NCBI GenBank assembly: GCA_017458285.1
Contig: JAFTFU010000004.1
Coordinates: forward strand, 52,561 to 116,560
From: Clostridia bacterium
Lineage (GTDB): Bacteria > Bacillota > Clostridia > TANB77 > CAG-508
DNA length: 64,000 nucleotides
Reading direction: 5' to 3'
Positions within the stretch are counted from its first letter, which is position 1; the number at the start of each line of letters is the position of its first letter. The notes beneath the pieces are model-generated. The model saw nothing but the letters and a program-made list of their open reading frames with translations, had not been told where the DNA came from and ran no database searches. Positions 47,121 to 57,287 of the stretch are shown piece by piece. The position numbers were made by a program, and so were the translations under genes.

Positions 47121-48401
47121 ACCCTCAGTAATATAAATTTCACATTTCTTGCGGTCTTTACTAAAACAATCAGCTAATTTAGAATCAAAGCGTAAAGCTT
47201 TTTCTTTTTTAGCTTGTTTTTCACGAATTGAATCTCTAGCTTTTTGCGCAGCTTCTCTGGCTTTTTTAGCCATTTTAGCTTTATCCGCTATAGCTTTAAT
47301 TTCTTTTTCATTTTGAGTGAACCATATGCGCAATTCATCTGCAATTGCCGCAGTAAATGGTGTCATTTCAAGCTTAGTAATTCGAGTTTTAACTTGTGCA
47401 TCATATGCTACGTTAGGAGCCGTAATATTAAATACAATATATAATCCTTCTTGAATATCATCACCAGAAAGATTATCTTCATTATCTTTAAGCCATTTCT
47501 TTTCTTTGAAGAATTTATTAAATTCTCGTGTAAGCAATGCTTTAATTTGTGTAATATGAGGTCCAACAGAAGTTAATCCTGTATTTACATATGGGACCAT
47601 AGTCATTGAATAATTAGACGTATAAGTCATAACCATATCAATTTTATTTTTCCCATTTGTAAAATTTAAATTAAAACGATTATTAATTAATTCTTTATTT
47701 TTAACTGCTTCATCTACTAAATCATTCAAACCATCTGTAGAATAATAAGTAGTTTTTTCTCCATTATTATCTAATTCTATAGTTAGACCAGGACAAAGGG
47801 CTGCAACAGTTTTAAATAAAACTTTAATTTCATTTACATTTACTTCTGGATGTGTAAAGAATTCTTCACTTGGTTCCCATTCTACGCAAGTTCCATTTTC
47901 AAAATCTTTAGCTGTAAAAATTTCTCGTTTATTAAATTCACCTTCAACAAAATAACAACGCTCTACTTGCCAATTACGATAAGTATAAACATCTAACCAA
48001 TGAGAAAGAAAAGTTGTTATTTTAGAACCAATACCAAAAGAACCTAAAGAAGTGCCTTCATAAGTACCATCTTCTCTATATTTTCCTGAAGTGTTTAATA
48101 CACTGAAAGCTGCTTCAAGAATTGTTTTTCCATCTTCTCTAAAACTATTAGGAATAAAACCTTGCCCATAATCTCGTACACGACACATTTTACCATTTAT
48201 TGCAACTTCAATTTTATCTCCATGACCTAATCTAAATTCATCTACTGCATTAGAAAAAATTTCTACTAATAATTGAGTTGCATATGTCGTATCTCCTGCA
48301 TATACGCCCGGCTTAAGTCTTGTAAATTCTCGTGGGTCTAAGCTTTCTATTGATGTTTCAGTATAAAGTGTTTTATCTATTTCTTTTTCTTTATTCAACA
48401 T
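47121..48401 (-). CDS. gyrB: type IIA topoisomerase subunit B, exon 1 (GHKL ATPase plus transducer)
   Basis: ..EIFSNAVDE..DYGQGF..GSFGIGSK.., ending ..CEIYITEG. No TAG. The start is ATG 48401 or GTG 48422. Confidence 0.8.
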
Positions 48402-49164
48402 ATTTCCATTTAAAACCTCCACATTTATTTCTTATTCCGCGGCATACTTTTGAAATTGCACTACTATCACAATTATTTTCTCTTGCGGCTAATGCCAGTG
48501 TGTCATAAATTTGAATAATAAAATTATCCTCATTTAATTTTGCTACTTTTTTACTAGAAGATTGTATTTGAGTTGTCCCAGGCATACCTTTATATGTATA
48601 TTTATTATATTTAGGGATAAGTAACTCATCTTTTTCATTCAACCAACAAAAATATCTATTATTAGTTGAATGTCTTTCACCCCTACAACAAGCAGCAATA
48701 TGTTTTTCACCTAAATTTTCTTGTTCAGCACAATCTGCAATACAACGCCAAATTTTTATAACATTATGATTTTCATCAATTTCAGCTATTCTTTTTGCAT
48801 TGTTTCGTTTTGTTTCACTAACTTTTTTATAAGTGTTGGGGTCATTTCTTGGATGATGAGTATCTAATGTTTGATTATAACCATTAGGAACTAATGTATT
48901 ATACTTAATTAGATATTCACGTTCTTTTTCTCTGACTTCATATTCATCCATTTCATCTGGGAAATACTATAATATTGTATAAGAGAAATTTTCTAATCCA
49001 TATTTGCGAATAGCGCAGTATAATGGATACTACCCCCTGGGAGTGTCTGGATGATTAACATGATAGAGATGCTAAGAATATCTCCTTTGCGGATTGATAG
49101 AACAACTTGAACCAATATATTTTTTCTAATTTATTAAATTAGTAAAACAATAAATAAAATTCAT
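48391..49164 (-). CDS. free-standing GIY-YIG homing endonuclease upstream of gyrB
   Basis: MNFIYCFTNLIN(TAG)KKYIGSS .. C-terminal CGGFKWKY. 258 codons. Confidence 0.8.
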
Positions 49165-49233
49165 ATTTTTCACACCTTTCATATAAATATGAATTTTATC
49201 TTAAATATGTTGTCCTGTCCTGACCCGACCTTA

Positions 49234-49410
49234 TCAATCATTATTTAACTCCTTTTCCAATTGGATTAAACCATTATCAAGGATTTGCATAATTACTAAT
49301 GCTTCAGTAGGTTCAGTTGTATAACTTAATAAATCTTGAATAAAATCATCACTTTCAATAATATCACGAATATTATCTATTGTTTTTTGTGTTACTTCAA
49401 TTTGTTGCAT
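49234..49410 (-). CDS. hypothetical small protein
   Basis: ATG 49410 to TGA 49234-49236, 59 codons. Confidence 0.5.
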   Translation of the reverse strand: MQQIEVTQKTIDNIRDIIESDDFIQDLLSYTTEPTEALVIMQILDNGLIQLEKELNND

Positions 49411-49643
49411 TAGTCATCCACCTCATCTAATAACCAATCTTCATAATTGTATATTACATCAATGATTTCATTTCCTAATTTACCATTTTCAATCATATGA
49501 CGAATATACTCTAACATTGCAAATGCTCGCCAATTATACATTTTATACTAAGATGGAGTATCTTCCACTACTTTTTTCCATTCCATACCTGTGCGTTGCT
49601 CACGCAATATTTGATTATATGATTTTTGCTATTTTTTATTCAT
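49410..49643 (-). CDS. hypothetical small protein
   Basis: ATG 49643 to TAA 49410-49412 (TAATG overlap). 2 sense TAG. Confidence 0.5.
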
Positions 49644-49663
49644 AATATTATTATACCATATTT

Positions 49664-49957
49664 TTAAAATTGATTCAACATTTTACTATCTGACCAAGTA
49701 AATGCTTTATAAGAACCTAATCGCATTAAAGCTATATATCTACCAAAAACAGAAGAATTATTCCAATGATTCCTCATACCTTCCCACTATTTTTGAATAT
49801 AAGGATAATCTAATTCTTTTAAAAAAGGTAGGAAAGTAGATTCATCATAAATATCTATCATATTTTTAATTTCTTCTTTAGAGTATTCAAAATAATAAGA
49901 ATTATCTTGACACTTATAATATTGATTATTTAGAAGCTAATTTGTCTGCTAATTCAT
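49664..49957 (-). CDS. hypothetical protein (start uncertain)
   Basis: Open frame ending at TAA 49664-49666. The first ATG (49957) lies inside the 3' end of rnhA. Confidence 0.45.
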
Positions 49958-50357
49958 TCCACTTATCTCCTGAGTGACCTTTTACTTTTTTTAATTCAAT
50001 TCTATATCCATTCTACCAATGTTTATAAAAAGGCTAAATTAAATCTAAATTTTCAGGCGTTTTATTATCTGCTTTTAGCCATCCTTTATTTGCCCAATTA
50101 AACATCCAAGAAGAAAAAATGTTTATACAATATGCGCTATCAGAATATATTATTGGAATACTGCTATTAAATGACTAAGTCCCATATCTTAAAAAAGCCC
50201 ATAAAATAGCTTTAAGTTCTTCTCTATTATTAGTTGTCTCTTGGCAATATTCAGTATGAGTAGTAATTAAATTTTCATTATCGTCTAATATAATTACTGC
50301 AAAGCCTCCTGGCCCACCTGGATTAAAACGACAGCTGCCGTCTGTATAAATAATCAT
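49926..50357 (-). CDS. rnhA: ribonuclease HI
   Basis: MIIYTDGSCRFNPGGPGGFAV..NNREEL..IYSDSAY..KVKGHSGDKWNELADKLA. 3 sense TAG. Confidence 0.8.
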
Positions 50358-50560
50358 TGCTTTTCTAGCTCCATATTTTCTGGTAAATATAATAAAGTTA
50401 CATTGTCGGGTAATAATTGTTTAATATGCTCAAATACTTGGCGAAAAGTATCATAATCATATTCATAATCTGGCATACGAAGTCTAATAGTATCTCCAGG
50501 TTCAAGTTCATCTATATTAAAATTTAATTTCTGTAATGTAATATCTTTAATTTCAATCAT
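50354..50560 (-). CDS. hypothetical small protein
   Basis: ATG 50560 (MIEIKDIT) after AAAGGAGCA. ATGA overlap with rnhA. Confidence 0.55.
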   Translation of the reverse strand: MIEIKDITLQKLNFNIDELEPGDTIRLRMPDYEYDYDTFRQVFEHIKQLLPDNVTLLYLPENMELEKQ

Positions 50561-50640
50561 AATATGCTCCTTTAATTGACATATCATTATATTTTTCTTA
50601 TTATATATATTATACAATATTTTTTAAATAAAAACAATAA

Positions 50641-50670
50641 AAAGGGTTTGAGAAAAATCCCAAACCCTTT
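50641..50670 (-). terminator. hairpin terminator after the lysis cassette
   Basis: aaagggtttg / caaacccttt arms flanked by A/T runs. Confidence 0.65.
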
Positions 50671-50676
50671 TTATAT

Positions 50677-51006
50677 TTAGATACCATAATTAATATCTAT
50701 ATCTTCATTCGATGGAGCATCCCCATTATCAATATCGGCATTTAATTCTGCCATTACTGTTTCAAATTTAATACCGTTCTTTGTATTTTCTTTTGTTGAT
50801 TTATTATAATAAAAACACTAGCTTACACCATATGCACCCCAAGGTAAGCTAATCATAGCTGTTAACCAAGGTAAAGAACCAGTATAATCTTTCCAAACAC
50901 AAAATGCTGCTAGCGCTAAAAAAGCAAGTGTTACTATCCATATGAGAATAGACTCTTGGATTAATAACACTTTACTAAATGCTTTTTTAGATTTTTTCTT
51001 CGCCAT
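50677..51006 (-). CDS. putative holin
   Basis: Overlaps the endolysin 3' end. Two TM segments (ILIWIVTLAFLALAAFCVW and WLTAMISLPWGAYGV). One sense TAG; TAA 50677-50679. Confidence 0.6.
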
Positions 51007-51988
51007 TTAAAATACGATAAAGAACAGTAACAAACTCTTCACGAGTTAATGGTTTACGATACATTTTACGTCCTTGGGTGTCTCCTTTAATATATTTTTT
51101 AGATTCAGCCCATTCACGAGCTTTTGCAGAATAAGATTCAACATGCTCATCTGCAGCTAAATCTTCTAAATAAGCATTCATCAATTCTTTAAACTTATCA
51201 AGAGTCATATCTTCATCCTCCTCAATTGGTTTAATATATTTTTTAGTATAATTTAAATGTATCCATCCTTCTCCAGTATATCCCCATCCAGTAGAAGAAG
51301 TTTTAGAAATATGAACGATAGTATCATTATAATATTTTTTAATAATATTATAATTAGTTCCTGCGCCTTTGCGGCAATTTAAATAACCATCATCAGATTT
51401 AATAATAACATCGTAATTAACTTCTGTTATTTTATCCTCTACTTTTGGAGTTGTGCCTGGATTTTTTATTACCCAGTAATATTTAACTTGTTTTTTAAAT
51501 AAAGAGTAATCTCCTTGAGTTCTAGCTAATTTAGTAGATGCAGGGTCATTAATAAAAATTGTATTACCAGAGATTTTCCATACAACAATATAGTGTCCAC
51601 TTCTGGTCCAATTTCCTTTACCCATACAAGCTATTACTAAATCACCATTATCTACCGCATTTTTTGCCTGAGTATGATAAGATGTAGTAGAATTGCCATA
51701 AATGTTAGCACTGTTTAATTGCGTGCATTTTAATCCATATCTTTTAAAAGCCGGAACAAAGTATGAATAATATGTTCCAGAATTTAATGCTTTATAACCA
51801 TTTTTTAAAGCCCAAGCACATTCTGTCTTTGGTGTAACATTTTTATCAGCCCACGTTGCTAAAATCATAGCAGCACTGCTGGGGCCGCAACCTGAACCGC
51901 CAATAGTGCTGCTTTCACCTTTTACTGCATAAGGTATGTTTTTCCAACGAGGGTCTGTTTGAAAATATGAAACTGGTTGTTGTGCCAT
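50987..51988 (-). CDS. endolysin: papain-like (C39/CHAP-type) cysteine peptidase plus SH3b-like wall-binding domain
   Basis: GGSGCGPSSAAM (Cys) and SGHYIVVW (His). SH3-like YLNCRKGAGTNYNIIKKY..GWIHLNY. Confidence 0.75.
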   Translation of the reverse strand: MAQQPVSYFQTDPRWKNIPYAVKGESSTIGGSGCGPSSAAMILATWADKNVTPKTECAWALKNGYKALNSGTYYSYFVPAFKRYGLKCTQLNSANIYGNSTTSYHTQAKNAVDNGDLVIACMGKGNWTRSGHYIVVWKISGNTIFINDPASTKLARTQGDYSLFKKQVKYYWVIKNPGTTPKVEDKITEVNYDVIIKSDDGYLNCRKGAGTNYNIIKKYYNDTIVHISKTSSTGWGYTGEGWIHLNYTKKYIKPIEEDEDMTLDKFKELMNAYLEDLAADEHVESYSAKAREWAESKKYIKGDTQGRKMYRKPLTREEFVTVLYRILNGEEKI

Positions 51989-52002
51989 ATTTTCTTCCCT
52001 CC

Positions 52003-53262
52003 TTATAATAAATTTGCTAATTCTGCGATTTTACTACGATGAATTTTTTGAAGAGTTACTTCACCATAAAAATCATGTCCTCTAAATATTTTAGATATTC
52101 TACGCATACCATTATTTGCGCCATCATATTCAATTAAATCTACTTGACTTTCTGTATCACCATCAAGTATCATAATACAATCTTCACCGACTCTTTGTAA
52201 AGCTAATTTAGCTAAAGTAATATCAAGATTCTAAGCTTCAGTGATATAAATACCAGCGTTCATTCCAGAAGTATCATAACCTCTAATATCACTCATAGGT
52301 AAAAGAATTAATTTATTTTCTTCAATTAAACGCAAAACCGCTTCTTGTCCACCTAATTTACTAGATAGCATATTACCAATTTGAGCATCTAATAATTTTT
52401 CGTTTTTATCTCCTGGATAGTAACCAAGTTTAGCTGCGTTACGAGTAGCTACAGTATTACAAAAAACAATTATTTTATCTATGCGATTATGTTCTAATAA
52501 ATAAAATAAATACCCAAGAGCTAGGTGAGATTTTCCTGCTCCAGAAGGACCGCGCAACATAGTAATTTGATTGTTTAATAAGCTATCTGCGGCCATTGCT
52601 TGAAAAATATCATCTTTATAAGGTTTAATATTTCCAAACCAATCACTTTCAAAAGTTTTATATTTAAGTGGTCTAAATTCAGATCCAGTCCAACATAAAG
52701 TATCTACTCTATCTCCACGACAATCCCAAATATTAACATATTCATTTATTTGAATATTTGGTAAATTTAGATGACCTTCATAAAGTAAGGCTAATTCTTC
52801 ATCTGATAAGTCTATATCTTTATAGCCTGTATAATTATCCGGTTTTATAATAATACTTTTTACTTCTATAGGTAAAAACGCTGAAGCTAGTTGCTTCATT
52901 GCCAAGTCATTAGTATAAAAAATTATTTTATCTTCAGAATTTTCAGTTAATATTCGTTTATCTAATGCATAAAGTATAGATGCAATAATTTTTCCATCAT
53001 TGTTTAATTCTAAATATGCAAAATTATTAGAAATATTATCTGTATAAATTAAACATATATATTCATTAATATGTTCATCTAAGAGATGAAGAAGTGTACG
53101 AGCTGTATGTTTTATTCTAACATCTTTATTTTGTGATACTTTAATTTTTTCTAATTCTTGCAATGTAATAGAACTAATTACTGTTATAGATTCATTACTC
53201 TATTGAAATAAATCTTCATTTAATAATAATAAGCTACTTGTATCATAAAAATTAAAAATCAT
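52003..53262 (-). CDS. phoH: PIN-domain PhoH-like ATPase
   Basis: ATG 53262 (MIFNFYDTSSLLLL, PIN-like). Walker A GPSGAGKSHLA. 2 sense TAG join the track ORF to both the upstream and downstream parts. Confidence 0.75.
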
Positions 53263-53503
53263 CTTCTTCATCATCCTCTTCTTCATTTGGAATTATAAAT
53301 CCAATTTGATTTACAGGTTCTTCACCTAATTCATTTTTTATTTTCTCTAATTGATTAGTGTCTTTCTAAATAGTTAATACCATTGGACTTTTTTTTAATT
53401 CAAGGTATTGTAATAATAAATTTATTATTCCATCGCCTAATGGCACTATCCATTGAGTAAATATAACACCTAAAATAAAAGCTATTAAAAGTTTAATAGG
53501 CAA
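53252..53503 (-). CDS. hypothetical small membrane protein with acidic tail
   Basis: TTG 53503 after AAAGGGGTGA. TM segment LLIAFILGVIFTQWIV. Ends EEEDDEEDDF. Confidence 0.45.
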
Positions 53504-53553
53504 TCACCCCTTTAAATAATCCTATATATTTATAAAAAAATATTTAAAGATAT

Positions 53554-53985
53554 TTAATCTATATTGTCCTTATTGCGGTTTGCGCGAATACGTTTATAAA
53601 ACTTATCTTTATTATTTATATATTGTTTTAATTCTTCTTGTTCATTTTTTAAAGCATCTTTCATTATATCTAATTCATTTTGTATTTGTTGACGTTGATG
53701 CTCTAGCATATTTTCCATATAGCCATGCGAATTATATTTTTTACTTTTATTTACTGAATAATATAATTGATTAAGCGCAGCTAATTTATGTTTTAATTCA
53801 TTGCGACGATATTGAAATAGTTTAATAATAGCTCTACTTGAAGCTATTTTAATACCAGTTAATTCATTTTGCATATCTTTATCTTCTGGAGCGCAATGTG
53901 CAATGCCTGTGAAATACTAGCCTTCATATTCAATAATATATGTAGATACTCCAGAGTCGTTATCATATAAATAATTATGTTCCAT
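53554..53985 (-). CDS. hypothetical coiled-coil protein
   Basis: ATG 53985. One sense TAG joins it to the track ORF 53554..53874. Confidence 0.6.
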
Positions 53986-54051
53986 AATAAAAATTCCTTT
54001 TTCTTTTAATTATACTAAAAGAAAAAGGAAAAGGCAAGTTTAAATTAAAAT

Positions 54052-54080
54052 TTGACACTAGAAAAAATTTTTTTTATAAT
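54052..54080 (+). promoter_or_regulatory. consensus sigma70/sigmaA-type promoter TTGACA-17 nt-TATAAT
   Basis: TTGACA 54052-54057 and TATAAT 75-80 of the same kb (54075-54080), exact 17-nt spacer, 85 nt upstream of ATG 54166. Confidence 0.7.
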
Positions 54081-54165
54081 TAATATGTAAATTTTTTAGA
54101 GGTATATTTATGTGTAATATTCTTTAATGGGATAAAGAATAAAAATTAATAAAGGAAGTAAATAA

Positions 54166-55374
54166 ATGATATTTCATGATTGTACACAATGTACGAATGA
54201 ATGTCGGTTGCAAGCATTTGAAGCTGTCAGAGATGAATATTCATCTATTGACAGCTTCAAGTATAATCCGCAAATTCATTCTAAACCAAAAAGTATTTTA
54301 TTAGGATTAACTAATAAGTGTAATTTAAATTGTAACTATTGTTTTGTACATTAGAATCCTTTAGATATGACTTTTGATGTAGCAGATAAAGGAATTTAGT
54401 GGGTATTATCTAATTGTCAAGAAGATGAAAAGCCAACTGTTGGATTTTTTGGAGGAGAGCCTTTATTAAAATTTAATGATATAATTGTTCCTATTGTATA
54501 GAAATATAAAAATAAAGTTAATTTCTCTATTACTACTAATGGGATTCTATTAAATGAAGATATTATTGATTTTCTTCATGATTATGAAATTTATCCTTTA
54601 TTATCTTTTGATGGAGTTCCAGAAGTATAGAATAAACAACGCTCTAATTCATTTAATCAAGTATTGAAAAATATTCCTTATCTTTTATTACGTTTTCCTG
54701 AAATAACTATGCGGGCTACAGTTACAAAAGAATCTATTCCTTATTTATATGATACTGTATTAATGGCAGATGAATTAGGATTTAAACATATTTTCTTTTG
54801 TGAAAATGCTTATGAAGATTGGGATAAAGAGATTGAAAAAGAGTTAGAAGAATAGTTTAAAAAAATAGGCTTATTTATTTATAAAAGATTAAGAAATAAA
54901 GAATCTGTTTTAAAAATTGATCCTTTTAATCGTATTTTTGAAAGTATTGATAAAGGATAGCATAATGAATTATATTTTGATAATAGAATAATACGATGTG
55001 GGTTAGGAACTACTTCCTGCGCAATTACTCCAGAAGGAAATATAATTCCTTGTCAAGAAAAAATTTCTAATATAACGCATATAATTGGAAATATTTATAC
55101 AGGCATTGATTATAAAAAACATAAAGAATTTTTAATAGATTACTTTAATAAAGTAAATAATTTATCTTGTGATAAAGGGTGTTCGGATAAAAATAAATTA
55201 ATTTGTTTATCTCATTTATGCCCTTCTCGTTTAGAAGATTTAAATTATTAGTTTTCTACAGCTTCGTGCGCTTTTTCTCGTATGGCAACAAAAATTTGTT
55301 TAAGGCTATTCTTTTTATGTAGTTATAGCATAGAACCTAATATTAGAGAATATTGGGGAGGTGGATTAAATTGA
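54166..55374 (+). CDS. radical SAM enzyme with C-terminal SPASM-type Cys clusters (anSME / sactisynthase-like), enzyme A
   Basis: LGLTNKCNLNCNYCF (CxxxCxxC); GGEPLL; RCGLGTTSCAITPEGNIIPC; CDKGC..CLSHLC. 403 codons. 8 sense TAG, all checked in frame. TGA at 55372-55374. Confidence 0.8.
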
Positions 55375-56546
55375 ATCCGCGTTTACGACCTACAAAAGTA
55401 AGAAGTATTATTTTTACTGAAGCTTGTCCTTTAGATTGTTTATATTGTAATTTTAAGCAAAGTAATAATTTTGGTACTAGTAAAGGTTTAACAAAAGAGC
55501 AATTATTTCATTTAGTAGAAACTTTTGATAAATTAGATGATGTAAATACTATAGATACAAGGATATTATTTTCGGGCGGCGAACCCTTGTTGCGTTGGCC
55601 ATGGATAAAAGAAATTATAGAAAAATATTAGACAAGATTTTCTTATTCTTTTAATACTTCTGGATATTTATTTACAGAAGAAATGTTGGAATTTTTATCT
55701 CATTATTAGGTAGATTTTACTTTATCTATAGATGGTAATGAAGCGCTAACTAATTATCTGCGACCAGTAGTAAACAACCCTTATAAAGTAGGATATATGA
55801 AAGCTTTGAAAAAGATAGTTCCCACTTTTTTATATTATTTTCCTACTACTCCATTTAGATTAATTGTTAATGCAAGATATGTTGATTTATTATATCAAAT
55901 ATATCAATTTGCTAATGAATTAGGCTTCCCATATTTTACTTTTTTAATAGATTTTGGTCATAGAGATTTTGATAAACCTAATGAAAAACCTAAAAAAAAT
56001 TATTTAAAGTGGGAAGAAAAACATACTGAAATTTTAGAAGAGCAATTAATGTTAATTGTTAATAACATTTTAAGTTCTTATAAGCAAGGAATTAAAAGAA
56101 CACAAGTTTTAGAATTTAATTAGATTCTTAAATATTTATTTAATGAAATTAAATTTACTCCAGAAAATATTCATTGTTAGTTATTTAATAAAAGAAGTTT
56201 AACTACTTTATATAATAATGATTTAGAAGGATATTGTCTTAAACGAGAATTTCCTGATATTGAAAAATTAAAAATTGCTGTAATGGATGAATATAATTCT
56301 TTAAATCATACTTGTTATTTAGATGAAAAATGTCCTATGTTTGATTATTGTTGTATTCATTGTTGTATTCAAAGTGGTTATTATAAATCAAAACGATTTT
56401 TTGATTTTGATACTATTGAATGTTTAGTAATGAAAAGTTGTTATAAAGCTATTTTAAAATTATTATCTGTTGGAAATGATGAATGTAAAGATGTTTTTTT
56501 ATATCAATAGTACATACTTGATATGATAGAACAAGGGGGTGCTTAA
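55371..56546 (+). CDS. second radical SAM enzyme with C-terminal Cys cluster, enzyme B
   Basis: TTG start after GGAGGTGGA, overlapping the upstream stop (TTGA). FTEACPLDCLYCNF; SGGEPLL; C-terminal CYLDEKCPMFDYCCIHCC. 5 sense TAG; TAA 56544-56546. Confidence 0.75.
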
Positions 56547-56547
56547 A

Positions 56548-57192
56548 ATGTCTATTCCTAATTCACCTTCTTGCGATAGTTGTTATAATGGAGAAAGTTG
56601 TTCAGATAGAAATAGCGGCGGATGTTCTGGGTGTAATGTTTGTGATTATAGCTGTTAGACAATTTGTGAAGTTGGTTATTAGTCAATAAAAAATCATCCA
56701 AATGTTGGAGATTTTCCTTGGAAAGAAGTTAAACCAAAGATAGATTTTATAAAAGATGTTATTACAGCAGTTAATTGGAATTCTTTAATAAAAAAGCTAG
56801 AAGAAGCTGAAAAAGTAGGAGAAAAATCTTCTCAAGGTAGTAAAGGTTCTGCAACTTAGGTATAGCCTAATGGAGTTTTTTATGCTAATAATTATAATGA
56901 AATTTAGCAAAAATTAAGTGGTTTTGAAGATGCTGCTTTTGATCCTGTAGTAAAAAATGATTTAATTACAGCTGCACGAATTAATGCTATTAGAAATGCT
57001 TATTTAAATGCTAAATTTAAAAACAGTGTATGCGATGTATGTAATAGTGGAGAAAACTCTTGTAGTTGTAATTGCGCTTGTTCTTGTGATTGTGCGTGTG
57101 ATTGCCCTTGCCCGTGTTCTTGTGATTGTAGCTGTGACTGTAACTGTAGTTGTAATTGTAGCTGTGGGCCTTCCTGTGGAGATAATTCCTAA
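56548..57192 (+). CDS. 214-aa Cys-rich protein (N-terminal Cys cluster, helical middle, C-terminal alternating Cys-X tail); candidate radical SAM substrate
   Basis: ATG follows 1 nt after the enzyme B stop; RBS GGGGGTG. MSIPNSPSCDSCYNGESCSDRNSGGCSGCNVCDYSC(TAG)TIC ... CDVCNSGENSCSCNCACSCDCACDCPCPCSCDCSCDCNCSCNCSCGPSCGDNS. 5 sense TAG; TAA 57190-57192. Confidence 0.75.
57061..57165 (+). repeat. (TGY-NNN)n hexanucleotide-periodic tract encoding 18 Cys alternating with S/N/A/D/P
   Basis: 35 consecutive codons: C S C N C A C S C D C A C D C P C P C S C D C S C D C N C S C N C S C. Confidence 0.9.
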
Positions 57193-57194
57193 TT

Positions 57195-57287
57195 AAAATT
57201 TTGAAAAGCGATTTTGGTTTTGGATTGCGGATGTACTGACCCTGGCCGGCCGCAGCAGATATTTTTTTCGCATGCATGTGTGTGAGC
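57195..57287 (+). repeat. GC-rich structured element, copy B
   Basis: AAAATTTTGAAAAGCGATTTT..ATTGCGGATGT..CTGGCCGGCCGCAGCAG..TTCGCATGCATGTGTGTGAGC. Collinear with copy A at 26247-26344. Its 3' end merges into the operon terminator. Confidence 0.6.

Noticed and set aside
14125-48422. Interruptions in nrdD, Pol III alpha, the ThyX-like gene and gyrB could be inteins, which commonly occur in these genes.
   Set aside because: The insertions contain stop codons in the host frame shortly after the junction. They lack intein block A/G motifs at their ends. They do have group I features: a U.G-containing P1 pairing, td-like core motifs and a terminal G.
54110-54127. Mini-ORF MCNIL with an AGAGG RBS in the 5' leader of the radical SAM cassette, a possible Cys-dependent attenuation leader.
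   Set aside because: It is only five codons long, with no evident alternative terminator/antiterminator pairing. This could easily be chance in AT-rich sequence, so it is recorded only as a low-priority idea.
57061-57165. The short periodic repeat could be taken for a CRISPR array or a microsatellite.
   Set aside because: The period is 6 nt, there are no spacers, and it lies inside a coding frame. No CRISPR-like repeat-spacer structure exists anywhere in the window.
57008-57277. Track ORFs 57008..57196 (+) and 57017..57277 (-) with odd V/I/A-rich or H/N/K-rich low-complexity sequences.
   Set aside because: They are alternative-frame shadows of the (TGY-NNN)n tract. The Cys-encoding frame is continuous with an upstream RBS and ATG and is coupled to the preceding gene.
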